Below are positions 1-9,134 of a stretch of DNA of 64,000 nucleotides, piece by piece. Made by a program: the position numbers and the translations under genes. Position 1 is the stretch's first letter. Each line of letters starts with the position of its first letter. The notes below the pieces were generated by a model. That model was given only the letters and a program-made list of their open reading frames with translations, was not told the DNA's origin and did no database searches. Source of the DNA: Candidatus Saccharimonadales bacterium (lineage in GTDB: Bacteria; Patescibacteriota; Saccharimonadia; Saccharimonadales; JAGPDM01); assembly GCA_044227985.1 (NCBI GenBank), contig JBGAVT010000003.1, positions 20,250 through 84,249 on the forward strand, in the 5' to 3' direction.

Positions 1-644
1 ACATTACTCTCCCCTGACAATGTAATGTCGTCGAGCCCGTCGCAGCCATGCACTACTATGACTCGATTTTTGCCGAGTTCTCGAGAAGTCTCAGCAACTA
101 GCTGTACGTGATCAGGGTTGCTGACTCCGATCATCTGTCGATCAGCATTCACAGGGCTTAGCAGTGGCCCGAGGGTATTCATGAAAGTTGGCTGGCCGAG
201 CTGCGCTCGTGCTTGTGCGAAAAAGCGCATACTTGGATGAAATTGTTTCGCATAAAGAAATGCTAGGTTGAATCTTCGAAAACGGGCCTGCAATTCATTG
301 ACATCAAGCTGTGTAGGCACTCCGAGCGCTTCTAGCAAATCAAAACCTCCAAATCGTCCTGATGAAGCGTTGTTACCGTGTTTAGCAATCGGCACACCCA
401 TCGAAGCCAACAAAAAGACTGTAATTGTTGAGGTATTTAGGCGTGCTAGTCCAGAACCACCGGTACCGCATATGTCGATTGCATTCTCGAGCTTAGGTGT
501 TTCAGGCATGCGTTTTTGCAAGAATCGGACAACTTCAGCCAATTCCTTTGGATCATCGATTTTCGTCGATCTCAAAAAGTCTATCTGTTTTTCAAGTGTC
601 AGACTTTGCTCGATACTATCCTGCAAAAAGTCAATCACACTCAT
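1..644 (-). CDS. trpD: anthranilate phosphoribosyltransferase, N-terminal ~214 codons (gene runs off the window start)
   Basis: My minus-strand translation from ATG 644 reads MSVIDFLQDSIEQ...DICGTGGSGLARLNTSTITVFLLASMGVPIAKHGNNASSGRFGGFDLLEALG...LGPLLSPVNA. This matches the TrpD glycine loop and KHGN motifs. It has an ATGA overlap with the trpG stop (641-644). It is absent from the ORF track because the window edge truncates it. Confidence 0.85.
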   Translation of the reverse strand, partial: MSVIDFLQDSIEQSLTLEKQIDFLRSTKIDDPKELAEVVRFLQKRMPETPKLENAIDICGTGGSGLARLNTSTITVFLLASMGVPIAKHGNNASSGRFGGFDLLEALGVPTQLDVNELQARFRRFNLAFLYAKQFHPSMRFFAQARAQLGQPTFMNTLGPLLSPVNADRQMIGVSNPDHVQLVAETSRELGKNRVIVVHGCDGLDDITLSGESN

Positions 645-1267
645 GGCTTACTCTCCTTTATTATCTCAATAAAATTCTGGGCGATTTGTGTGCCATATTC
701 ACTGGCAAAGCTCTCGGGATGAAACTGGACCCCGTAGTGGGCTTTGTCCTTGATTTTTAATGCCATAATTTCACGACCATTTTCACTAAATGACGGATCA
801 GCATGAGAGACTTCCCCAATTATCTCAATATTATCTGGAATATTATGATCAGCGTCGATCATGAGGCTGTGATAGCGCATAATATTAAATTCATCGGGGC
901 AATCGCTAAAAATCAAATCTTTTGAGTGTGAGAAAATGCTAGTTTTACCGTGTTTTGGCTCCGCTGCTTTTTTCAAACTTGCTCCGTAGACTGTTGCCAT
1001 ACCTTGGAAGCCGAGGCAAATCCCAAGTAGTGGCAGTTGAGTAGTACGAATGATATCTGCATTTTTTCCGAAGTATTCTGGATCAGTTGGATCGCCCGGA
1101 CCAGGGCCGATGATTATACCATCGAAGTCTTCTGCGTCTGCCATTAATTCTAGCTTTTCATTATCATTACGAATGACAACTACTTCAACATCAGATAGCG
1201 CCGCAAATAGATGCACGATGTTATATGTGAAACTATCGTAGTTATCAATTAATAAAATTTTCATCAA
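641..1267 (-). CDS. trpG: anthranilate synthase component II / glutamine amidotransferase
   Basis: 208 aa class-I amidotransferase: KILLIDNYDSFTYN, nucleophile Cys in GICLGFQ, His/Glu in VQFHPES. It overlaps the trpE stop by 4 nt and the trpD start by 4 nt. Confidence 0.9.
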   Translation of the reverse strand: MMKILLIDNYDSFTYNIVHLFAALSDVEVVVIRNDNEKLELMADAEDFDGIIIGPGPGDPTDPEYFGKNADIIRTTQLPLLGICLGFQGMATVYGASLKKAAEPKHGKTSIFSHSKDLIFSDCPDEFNIMRYHSLMIDADHNIPDNIEIIGEVSHADPSFSENGREIMALKIKDKAHYGVQFHPESFASEYGTQIAQNFIEIIKESKP

Positions 1268-2598
1268 CTCAACTCCTCAATAACCTGTTCCATAGCGGCA
1301 AGTTTTTTTATTACTTCATTATATTCATCATCGCTGTTTGAATCGAGCACTACACCGCTTGAAGTTTGTGCGAAACACTCGTCTCCATCACAGAACAAAC
1401 TACGAATCGGCATAGTGAAAACACAGTCACCGTTGAAGCTGAACCGACCAACCGCCCCTCCGTATGGGCCACGAGGCTCAGGCTCGTTGTGTTCGATTAT
1501 CTTAATAGTTTCAATTTTTGGAGCTCCGGTTAAAACACCGCATGGTGTCATAGCGGCGAGAATATCATAACTAATTTTGTCGTCGGCTAGCTCACCAGTT
1601 ATATCACTCAACATATGCTGAACATGGCTGAAACTGGCTATGTACTTTTGTCGAGGTACTTTTACGCTACCAAATTTACTAACTTTTCCAATGTCATTTC
1701 TATGTAAATCGATAAGCATGTTGTGCTCTGCGATTTCTTTCGGATCGTTCGAGAGTTTTTTCGCAAGTTTTTCATCTTCATGCTTGTCGGAGCTACGACC
1801 AACCGTACCAGCTGCAACAGTGGTGATTAAGTGCCCATCACTGTTGCGAACTACTATTTCCGGGCTACTACCAAACATCTCTCGATTATTAAATTTGAAA
1901 TAATACATATATGGACTTGGGTTGACTTCACGGAGCCTCGAATAAATCGCTAACTTGTCACCTTTGATCGTATACTTCGTTTTGAACCCGATCTCAACTT
2001 GAAAACTGTTGCCATCACGAATTTGTTGCAGTGAATAATCAACAGCTTCTTCGTGTTGCTGTTTTGTTTGGTTGTGACCGTGGTTTTGAACCGAAGAAAT
2101 TACGCCTATAGACAATGGTTTGGACATAGCTGCTGTAACAATTTCGCTGCGGTCAGTCTCGTAAAAATAATATTCAAGCTCACCGGATTTCAAATCATAG
2201 ACCAAGCCATCTTGATAGTATCCGAGTTCAAAAGTCGGAAAGTCTGGATGCTCGCTTAAACTGAGGCTTGGTTCAAAGTAATTCACGGCTTCATATGTGA
2301 AGTTTCCGACTAACCCACCTTGATGTGCGGTTCCTTTTCCAACAAGGGGAAAACGTGAAGCTAGCTCTAGATATGGATTGTTAACTTCGAAAATTTCGTC
2401 ATCGATTGTTAGCTGGTTGCCTTTCGCAGATATATGATGCTTTGGATCAAAGCCAAAAGTAACTTTACTGTCGCCATGCTGATCGTCCATTTTACTCTCA
2501 AGAAGATAGCAAATCTGGCTTTGTTCGCGGAGGTTCGAAAAAACCCCGAAATAATCATCGACTTTGCCAAGTTTTACAATAATTGGTCTAGACGTCAT
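1264..2598 (-). CDS. trpE: anthranilate synthase component I
   Basis: Chorismate-binding enzyme C-terminus (GAPKIETIKIIEHNEPEPRGPYGGAVG). I chose ATG 2598 as the start because GGAGGTG lies 7 nt upstream. The ORF-track start at 2676 would bury it inside the upstream regulator gene. Confidence 0.9.
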   Translation of the reverse strand: MTSRPIIVKLGKVDDYFGVFSNLREQSQICYLLESKMDDQHGDSKVTFGFDPKHHISAKGNQLTIDDEIFEVNNPYLELASRFPLVGKGTAHQGGLVGNFTYEAVNYFEPSLSLSEHPDFPTFELGYYQDGLVYDLKSGELEYYFYETDRSEIVTAAMSKPLSIGVISSVQNHGHNQTKQQHEEAVDYSLQQIRDGNSFQVEIGFKTKYTIKGDKLAIYSRLREVNPSPYMYYFKFNNREMFGSSPEIVVRNSDGHLITTVAAGTVGRSSDKHEDEKLAKKLSNDPKEIAEHNMLIDLHRNDIGKVSKFGSVKVPRQKYIASFSHVQHMLSDITGELADDKISYDILAAMTPCGVLTGAPKIETIKIIEHNEPEPRGPYGGAVGRFSFNGDCVFTMPIRSLFCDGDECFAQTSSGVVLDSNSDDEYNEVIKKLAAMEQVIEELS

Positions 2599-2860
2599 TA
2601 TCCAACACCTCCGAAATACCTTTCTCTCCGTACTGAAGTTCGCGACTTCCGCGACTGATTGTGCCGAGACTAACACCTAGTCGATCGGCTAATTCACGTT
2701 GATTCTGTCCTGCTTTGAGACCTTTGATAATTTGCACACGCAGCGCTACCTCTTCGATTTCTTGTGGTGTTAGAAGATTTGATAACACGCGGCTCATCAA
2801 TGCTACATCTGATACATTTGTTAGTATTTCAACTAGCTCTTTGCTGTATTTATTAATCAT
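2588..2860 (-). CDS. TrpR-family (YerC/YecD-like) transcriptional regulator
   Basis: 90 aa with LLTPQEIEEVALRVQIIKGLKAGQNQRELADRLGVSLGTISRGSRELQYG, the Trp-repressor-family helix-turn-helix pattern. It is the first gene of the trpEGD operon and overlaps the trpE start by 11 nt. Confidence 0.75.
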   Translation of the reverse strand: MINKYSKELVEILTNVSDVALMSRVLSNLLTPQEIEEVALRVQIIKGLKAGQNQRELADRLGVSLGTISRGSRELQYGEKGISEVLDNDV

Positions 2861-2867
2861 ACTTTCG

Positions 2868-2902
2868 ATTATACTTGTTCTATTGTTCTATTGCAATAGA
2901 AC
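2868..2902 (-). promoter_or_regulatory. promoter plus candidate operator of the trpR-like/trpEGD operon
   Basis: Read on the minus strand: -35 TTGCAA (2896-2891), a 17-nt spacer, -10 TATAAT (2873-2868), then ATG at 2860 only 7 nt further on. A perfect 18-bp palindrome GTTCTATTGCAATAGAAC (2885-2902) is centred on the -35. An extra direct half-site GTTCTATT lies at 2877-2884. Confidence 0.6.
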
Positions 2903-2953
2903 ACACTAAAATAATAACATTGACAAAAAATTACATAAGTTTATTGTACAAAT

Positions 2954-3349
2954 ATGAATGATGAGTTTGGATTCAAGGAATTACCAAAAGATCCCGATGG
3001 TCCGTTAATTGATGAAAACCAAGGTCTAGATTCTGAGAGAGTTCTTGTTCAGCCAGAAAATCTGCCACCAATTATTGCAATGACTGGATATGGCGCGACT
3101 CTTTTAGGTGCAATCGGTGCTGTTTGGAGAAATGCACCTGCCAACATTCCATCTGGAGAGGGGCTGGGTCTTTCCCCTGACACACTTGCAACGAAAGGTT
3201 TGTACAGTGCTGGTGCTGTTCTCGCCGTAGCAACGGTTGCAGCCGGTTTTGCCCATATCAGAAATACTTTCCACAATAGGCGCGCTCAACAAGAGGCCGA
3301 TCAACTGGAATCACAAAAGCGCCTTGAAAAAGCAGCCCTCAGGCAATAA
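2954..3349 (+). CDS. hypothetical membrane protein (two predicted TM helices, acidic N-terminus)
   Basis: 131-aa ORF with hydrophobic stretches PPIIAMTGYGATLLGAIGAVW and LYSAGAVLAVATVAAGFA. TTGACA (2921-2926) lies upstream. I recognised no homology. Confidence 0.55.
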   Translation: MNDEFGFKELPKDPDGPLIDENQGLDSERVLVQPENLPPIIAMTGYGATLLGAIGAVWRNAPANIPSGEGLGLSPDTLATKGLYSAGAVLAVATVAAGFAHIRNTFHNRRAQQEADQLESQKRLEKAALRQ

Positions 3350-3483
3350 CATGTTACGTGTCGTTATTTTATAAAAACTCTCAAGATCGGATCGCACCAT
3401 TAAGCAAATCACTTAAAATAATGCGCACTTTGTCTTTACTTAATAGATACCTAACAACATTTATGTATAGTGGAAGATAAGTT

Positions 3484-3897
3484 ATGCCTGAGCAGCCACC
3501 AATAAAGAGATATTTTCTAGACGTTGAAGTCATTTCCGATGATCCTAATGAGACTGGAATTCCTGAATTCGGTGTTACTGGTTCTTGTGATGTTGCTGGT
3601 CGCGAAGTTTCTGAAACAGTTGTACCTGACGACAATCATGAGAAAGTAACATGGGAAGATGTTAGTAGCCATGAAGAACAAGTAAAGGCTACGATTTGCG
3701 ATGACTGTGACGGTTGCGCGATACAATTAGTCACTTTGTCGAGAAAAAGATTTCCAGCGAGTGATGACATTGAAACCGTAGAAGATGCAATCGTAGAGTT
3801 GCTTGAAGCAAAAACCGACAGTGACATGAGTGAGTCTGCACGAGCCGTAGCGGGCAGCTTGCTGCTTGAGATTTTGGGCCTTTTCGATTCTGATTAA
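3484..3897 (+). CDS. hypothetical acidic protein with CDDCDGC motif
   Basis: 137-aa ORF that is strongly acidic. I recognised no family. The overlapping antisense ORFs are shorter and low-complexity. Confidence 0.5.
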   Translation: MPEQPPIKRYFLDVEVISDDPNETGIPEFGVTGSCDVAGREVSETVVPDDNHEKVTWEDVSSHEEQVKATICDDCDGCAIQLVTLSRKRFPASDDIETVEDAIVELLEAKTDSDMSESARAVAGSLLLEILGLFDSD

Positions 3898-4121
3898 GAC
3901 AGTATCTGGCTTTATCTATTACACCTCTTTCAACTCGAGCGTTGAATGTTTTGAAAATACAGTCAGTTATCTTCATATTCTGTCTGGCATTATCATAAAT
4001 ATTTTATCTACATGGCCGATTCACCATCTTATTCGTAGTAATGGCACGTATTCTAGCTGGCACACTGATGATAATTTGTAGTATGAAAACCTAACTATTT
4101 TTTTTGGAGATGAATAGTTGT

Positions 4122-4907
4122 CTAGACTTCAATACTTACTGGGCAGTGGTCGGAACCAAGTAGGTCTTGGTGGATTTCAGCGAATTTTATGTCTGATTTC
4201 TCTGGTGCAAGCCAGTAGTCGATGCGCCAGCCGACGTTTCGTTCTCGTGCTTTGCCCCAGTTGCTCCACCAACTGTAGGCGTCAATAGTGTCAGGATGAA
4301 GTGTTCGGAAAGTATCGACAAAGCCTTTGTCTAGAATGCCATCAAAGCCACTTCTTTCCTCTAACGTAAAACCTTTTTTGCCTTTGTTCTCTTTCGGTCT
4401 CGCCAAGTCTATCGGTTTATGGGCAACATTGAAATCACCACTGGAATAAACTGGTTTATCACCACTAAGCGAACTAATAAATTCCGCAAAAGCAGGGTCC
4501 CATTTTTGGCGTAAGGGGATTCTGGTTAAATCGTCTTTCGAGTTAGGTGTATAAACCGTCACCACCCAGAAATCAGAAAACTCAGCGGCTAATACCCTGC
4601 CCTCAGTATTTGGATCGCCGTAGCCATCATCAGTTATATTATATTTTTTGGCTAGTTTCTCAGAAAAGTTGCTGATAGTTTGTATCGGTTTCTCTCGGCT
4701 CAAAATCGCTGTGCCGGAATAACCCTTTTTCTCAGCACTATTAATTATAAGGTTGAATCCTGGAATATTGAGTTCGATTTGGTCAGGTTGAGCTTTGGTT
4801 TCCTGAAAGCAAAGAATATCTGGATTTAGCTGATCAAACACTGGTTGCAAGGCTTCTTTTCGCAAAACGGCACGTATTCCGTTGACATTCCAAGATACTA
4901 ATTTCAT
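4122..4907 (-). CDS. xth: exodeoxyribonuclease III (AP endonuclease)
   Basis: 261 aa: MKLVSWNVNGIRA...CFQETK...GDFNVAH...WRIDY...SDHCPV, the ExoIII/EEP family motifs. Confidence 0.92.
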   Translation of the reverse strand: MKLVSWNVNGIRAVLRKEALQPVFDQLNPDILCFQETKAQPDQIELNIPGFNLIINSAEKKGYSGTAILSREKPIQTISNFSEKLAKKYNITDDGYGDPNTEGRVLAAEFSDFWVVTVYTPNSKDDLTRIPLRQKWDPAFAEFISSLSGDKPVYSSGDFNVAHKPIDLARPKENKGKKGFTLEERSGFDGILDKGFVDTFRTLHPDTIDAYSWWSNWGKARERNVGWRIDYWLAPEKSDIKFAEIHQDLLGSDHCPVSIEV

Positions 4908-4913
4908 AACTGT

Positions 4914-4922
4914 AGTATAACA
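4914..4922 (-). promoter_or_regulatory. extended -10 box 6 nt upstream of the xth ATG (leaderless-type promoter)
   Basis: The minus strand reads TGtTATACT-acagtt-ATG. There is no Shine-Dalgarno sequence. Confidence 0.5.
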
Positions 4923-5024
4923 TGCACTTGACGTAAATATATTACGTGGCGTATAAGTTAGATTGTAAGCACTAATAGTTATATAAAAATATATAGTACC
5001 CTAAATAATAAAAAAGAAGAGAGT

Positions 5025-6128
5025 ATGAGAACTTTCGATTTACCAGATTTAGCTTTGTGCGTTGCTGCGCGAACGATCGATAGGCTTACTAGAAGACCTG
5101 AAATAAATCTTGAGGATCTTGAGGGAATCCCAGAATTTGAACCACATCCAGACGTTCAAGACGTTTTAGGTGTACTCACCAATCGACTAACTGGACAAAG
5201 TGATATCGATTATGAAACAAAAAGGTTGGCTACGCTTTATGACTTTGATGGTATGGACGTCTCTGTTCACGGAAAAGGTCCTAAAGAAGATGCAGAGTCA
5301 ACACTGCTTGTGTTTAACGGTACTTTGGAAGGCCTCAATGCAAGATCAGATATCTTTGGACAACTCGCTTTGATGACCGCCGGAGTTGAGAGAGTGATAA
5401 CCATCCCCGGACCTTCGGAAATATCAAACGTAAAAATGCCATTTTTAGATTCGCTCAAAACTATATTCGACGGAGACCCAGAAAGAATTGCAGAATTTAT
5501 CTACACGAAATTGGAATCAAATGTAGCTTCTTTAGGCAGATTAAAAGCCTCAGGACATTCGATGGGAGGTCACCTAGAGCTCTCAGTTATAGATTTGGCG
5601 ATAAAAAGAGGCGCGCAAGTTGATTCTGTGATCATCCAGTCCGCCGCCTCGGTAGCTCGACAAGGTTTTGACCAGCTGGGCGCACATATCATTTTTTCTC
5701 CTGATAATTATGGTGCTAGGCAAAGAGATAGTCAGTTGGCACCTGCGCTTGAACGTTTCCATCTAGAACCGAGTGAGCTCGAAGCCAGAAAGCGAGGGCT
5801 TGGAGGGTTTGTAGTAAAAGCAGTAGCACATCCTTTAGCTAATGCTAGCATGCTGAGGCTAGATGCAACCGATACCGTCCCCGAGACAATGCGACGAATT
5901 TTAGAAGCTGGAGTCCACGTGACAGATATTTTTTCACCTGAAGATAAGATAACATCGCCGTCTGAGCACGTGAAAATGATACAAGCTCTTCTGCAGACTT
6001 ACGGGCCGTTACTTAATTGTTCGTGGACACCAGGTGGTCACTCAGCAACTAATACACCTGAAGTTGCTGCTGGCTTGTATATGAATGATAATGTTCATCG
6101 TAATTATGTTACAAAGGTGGCTGCTTAG
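5025..6128 (+). CDS. alpha/beta-hydrolase-like protein (GHSMGG nucleophile elbow)
   Basis: 367-aa ORF with a G-x-S-x-G motif (SGHSMGGH) and a late His (PGGHSATN) in the expected fold order. Otherwise it is an orphan. An SD-like AGAAGAGAG lies upstream. Confidence 0.6.
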   Translation: MRTFDLPDLALCVAARTIDRLTRRPEINLEDLEGIPEFEPHPDVQDVLGVLTNRLTGQSDIDYETKRLATLYDFDGMDVSVHGKGPKEDAESTLLVFNGTLEGLNARSDIFGQLALMTAGVERVITIPGPSEISNVKMPFLDSLKTIFDGDPERIAEFIYTKLESNVASLGRLKASGHSMGGHLELSVIDLAIKRGAQVDSVIIQSAASVARQGFDQLGAHIIFSPDNYGARQRDSQLAPALERFHLEPSELEARKRGLGGFVVKAVAHPLANASMLRLDATDTVPETMRRILEAGVHVTDIFSPEDKITSPSEHVKMIQALLQTYGPLLNCSWTPGGHSATNTPEVAAGLYMNDNVHRNYVTKVAA

Positions 6129-6146
6129 TAGATTTGGCAAAAAGTT

Positions 6147-6155
6147 TGCTATACT
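6147..6155 (+). promoter_or_regulatory. extended -10 box 8 nt upstream of the pyrH ATG
   Basis: TGcTATACT-gataacca-ATG(6164). No SD. Confidence 0.5.
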
Positions 6156-6163
6156 GATAACCA

Positions 6164-6868
6164 ATGTATAAACGAATTGTTTTGAAACTCTCAGGCGAAC
6201 AATTTCAAGGTTCGCGCGAAAATGGAATTGACCCAGAGTTCTTGCACTGGTTAGCCGATGAAATTAAAAAAGTTCAGGATATTGGCACGCAAATTGTAAT
6301 CATCGTCGGCGGCGGTAATCTTGTACGTGGCGAGAGTTTCTCCAAAAATGGAATCGAGCGAACTAATGCCGATTACATGGGCATGCTGGCAACAATCATG
6401 AATGGCATGGCATTGACTGATGTCTTGGAGCAAAAAGGCCTACAAGCCCGTCTAATGACTCGCCTGCAGGCGAATGAAGTGGCTGAGCCATATATTCGAC
6501 GTCGAGCATTACGACACCTTGAGAAAGATCGAATTGTTATACTTGCTGGTGGAACTGGAAACCCGTACGTAACGACCGACTCTGCTTCAGTGCTAGCTGC
6601 TGCTGAGCTATCATGCGATGCAGTTCTAAAGGCAACAAAAGTTGATGGTGTTTACGACAAAGACCCAGTCACCAATCCTGATGCAGTAAAATTCGACACA
6701 CTCACGCTTCAAGAAACTTTGGAAAATCCAGAAATTCGAGTTATGGATAAATCTGCCATGGCCATGGCAATGGATCAAAATGAGACAATAATTGTCTTTG
6801 ATTTACTCAAAGAAGGCAACATTGCTCGAGTTGCTCAAGGTGAGTCAATTGGCACCACTGTCAAATAA
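6164..6868 (+). CDS. pyrH: UMP kinase
   Basis: 234 aa: YKRIVLKLSGE...IVIIVGGGNLVRG...ILAGGTGNPYVTTDSA...KATKVDGVYDKDP, the amino-acid-kinase-fold UMP kinase motifs. Confidence 0.92.
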   Translation: MYKRIVLKLSGEQFQGSRENGIDPEFLHWLADEIKKVQDIGTQIVIIVGGGNLVRGESFSKNGIERTNADYMGMLATIMNGMALTDVLEQKGLQARLMTRLQANEVAEPYIRRRALRHLEKDRIVILAGGTGNPYVTTDSASVLAAAELSCDAVLKATKVDGVYDKDPVTNPDAVKFDTLTLQETLENPEIRVMDKSAMAMAMDQNETIIVFDLLKEGNIARVAQGESIGTTVK

Positions 6869-6917
6869 TTGTTATATATTTGTATTTAGTTAGTATTTCT
6901 GATATAATAGTAAGATT

Positions 6918-8054
6918 ATGTCTAAAAGACCAGAACAGCTGTGGCTACCCGATCAGCAGGGTCGTTTCCTAGAAAGCGACCCTGCTACTGATGTTATTAT
7001 GGAGCTTAGCGAGAAAATACAAAAGATATTAGACAAAGAGTCCTTATTGTACGATGAAGATTCGACAGAAGTAGAGATCCGTGAGACCGAAGTTACTGAT
7101 GAGCGTGGCGAAAAAGTTAATATGAAGGTTCTGGTTGTACAAGGTGAAGATGACTTAGATGGTTCAGGCATGACATTGATTCAGCCACCCGCATGGACGG
7201 ATGGACCTGACACGAAAGGGGCCTTACGTAGTGCGGTAACATTATCGGTGATGACGGGCTGTACTATCATGATTCCACTATTACCAGGAATGGGCGCAGT
7301 TGGAGCCGACAAAAACGATGGTACGAGGCTAACCAGCCTTCAAAATCAATCACTAGGAAAAGGCTCATACGCTGAGGTTGCAAAGATGCAGTGGCTTGCA
7401 ATGAAACGAGTTGCTTCTGAAGAACTCGGTACAGGTAAACACTCCAACCAAGAAGTTGCATTTTTTGGTTACTCACTTGGAAATCCACAAAATGCAGCTT
7501 TGTTGGCAGAAATCAGCGAAAATATTGATGTCGTCGGAGCAATTTGGGCAGAGAATCCTGACATCGGGTTATCACGAATTCCAGCTCTTGAACTTGGTGA
7601 TTTAGCATTACGCTTAAAGAAAAGCGAGAAAAGTCCTGACCTCTATGGACAGATCAATAACATTGCTAACAGTTGCGATCCAATTCAATATCCGAAACTG
7701 GATTGGAAACGAAATTCAGAGCGTGAATTCTATGAAATGTTATTGCGGGACAAACAAACGTTAAGAAAAGGTCCGGAAGCAGTCGCCAGAAAGTCGGTCG
7801 AACACGATTTAAATACTGCTCGAGAAAGAGAGATTTTAAAGCAATTTGGTCATCTAATAATTAGCGCTGGCAACAGAAGCACTACTCTAAATGGAAGCCG
7901 TATCCTATCAACAATGGTGGGTGAAAGAAATATAATTGGTCGTGTTAAATATCGAGGAGAAGATCACGCAATGAACGATAGTCTTGCTATGAAGGTCATT
8001 ATGGTCCGAGAGTTTTTAAAGCGCACTGGCACTAATCAAGCAACCATTAGTTAA
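6918..8054 (+). CDS. alpha/beta-hydrolase-like protein (GYSLGN nucleophile elbow)
   Basis: 378-aa ORF with G-x-S-x-G (FFGYSLGN) and a late His (GEDHAMND). TGaTATAAT (6900-6908) lies 9 nt upstream of the ATG. Confidence 0.55.
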   Translation: MSKRPEQLWLPDQQGRFLESDPATDVIMELSEKIQKILDKESLLYDEDSTEVEIRETEVTDERGEKVNMKVLVVQGEDDLDGSGMTLIQPPAWTDGPDTKGALRSAVTLSVMTGCTIMIPLLPGMGAVGADKNDGTRLTSLQNQSLGKGSYAEVAKMQWLAMKRVASEELGTGKHSNQEVAFFGYSLGNPQNAALLAEISENIDVVGAIWAENPDIGLSRIPALELGDLALRLKKSEKSPDLYGQINNIANSCDPIQYPKLDWKRNSEREFYEMLLRDKQTLRKGPEAVARKSVEHDLNTAREREILKQFGHLIISAGNRSTTLNGSRILSTMVGERNIIGRVKYRGEDHAMNDSLAMKVIMVREFLKRTGTNQATIS

Positions 8055-8058
8055 AAAA

Positions 8059-9045
8059 CTAAGCAAGGATGTCTTTATAAATAGAAATAAGTTTTTTTGT
8101 TGATTTTTCAGTATCGAATCTATTGGCAATAATCTTCGATTTCTTGGTTGCTTCTGCTTGGAAATCATTATCTTTGAGTACTTTATCTACTAATGGCAGG
8201 AAGTCATCATCGCTCTTAGCTGAAGGAAGTTCAGGGAATGTTTTCTCATAGGCTGGGATGTCTCTTAAGATTATCGGTAATCCAATAGCTGCAGCTTCAA
8301 GCACTGAAACCGGATGGTTTTCTTGCTCTGATGGCATAACAAAGACATCTGCATCAGCAAGCATTTTAATTACTTTTTCACGTTCTATAACACCTGTTAC
8401 TGTTAGGTTTTTCGGTGCGTCAGCAATAAGTAGATTCATCTCTCTTCGATTGCTTGCAATGCTCTTAAAATTAATACCGCCAATCCACAAAAAATCATAT
8501 TCTGGTCGTTGCTTTGCCCAGTCTACGAACAAGTCAAATCGTTTTCTGGGCTGGACCTGTCCGGATGAGACTATCATAGGCCGCTTGTTTACTGTGGTGC
8601 TCTTTTTGACGGTTGAATATTTTGCTAGGTTTATACTATTCGGAACATATTCAATTTTATTACGAAAGTTATGCTCGTAGAGGTAGGTCTCAACCAAAGG
8701 GCTTACAGCTACTAAGGTGTCGGCACGAGCGTAGACAAAGTGCAGATAACCAGTAGCAATCCATTTCCAATATTTGGCAAGAATAAATGAGCCAACCAAC
8801 GAGTCTGGCACAACATGCACCGACATAACCGATTTACCTGGAACAAAAAGCATATGAAAAAGTGAGTACAATCCCACGGTGTGATAGTGATTGATATCAT
8901 GTCGTTTCCAAGAATTAACAGATACTATACTAAATATTTTGTTTGTTTTATATGAGTCAACCATATCAGTAAAGGCGCTATGTACACCATGACCTTGAAC
9001 AGTAAATGCTGACTCAGAAACAATATTAATTGTAATTTTTTTCAC
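8059..9045 (-). CDS. glycosyltransferase family 4 (GT-B, Glycos_transf_1-like)
   Basis: 328 aa. The C-terminal half reads PSEQENHPVSVLEAAAIGLPIILRDIP, the typical E-x7-E region of GT4 enzymes. GTG start with TGcTATACT 6 nt upstream. Confidence 0.75.
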   Translation of the reverse strand: MKKITINIVSESAFTVQGHGVHSAFTDMVDSYKTNKIFSIVSVNSWKRHDINHYHTVGLYSLFHMLFVPGKSVMSVHVVPDSLVGSFILAKYWKWIATGYLHFVYARADTLVAVSPLVETYLYEHNFRNKIEYVPNSINLAKYSTVKKSTTVNKRPMIVSSGQVQPRKRFDLFVDWAKQRPEYDFLWIGGINFKSIASNRREMNLLIADAPKNLTVTGVIEREKVIKMLADADVFVMPSEQENHPVSVLEAAAIGLPIILRDIPAYEKTFPELPSAKSDDDFLPLVDKVLKDNDFQAEATKKSKIIANRFDTEKSTKKLISIYKDILA

Positions 9046-9134
9046 CTAGTGAGTATAGCAAAATTATCAATAGTTATATTTTCAAGGCTGAAATTTCAAG
9101 TGAATCAGCAATTTTTACGCTATAATAAAGAATA

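Noticed and set aside
268-760. Three overlapping + strand ORFs (268-672, 497-760, 516-722) from the ORF track
   Set aside because: They lie antisense to the clearly homologous trpD and trpG coding sequences. Their products are low-complexity with no motifs. The minus strand explains the region completely.
3900-3996. TPP-riboswitch-like string: the minus strand reads GATAATGCCAGAC at 3982-3994, and a similar GATAAAGCCAGAT lies at 3904-3916
   Set aside because: The rest of the THI-box (CUGAGA, the pairing partners, a downstream thiamine gene) is absent. The site lies downstream of xth rather than in a 5' leader. The two copies of TCTGGC[TA]TTATC may be chance.
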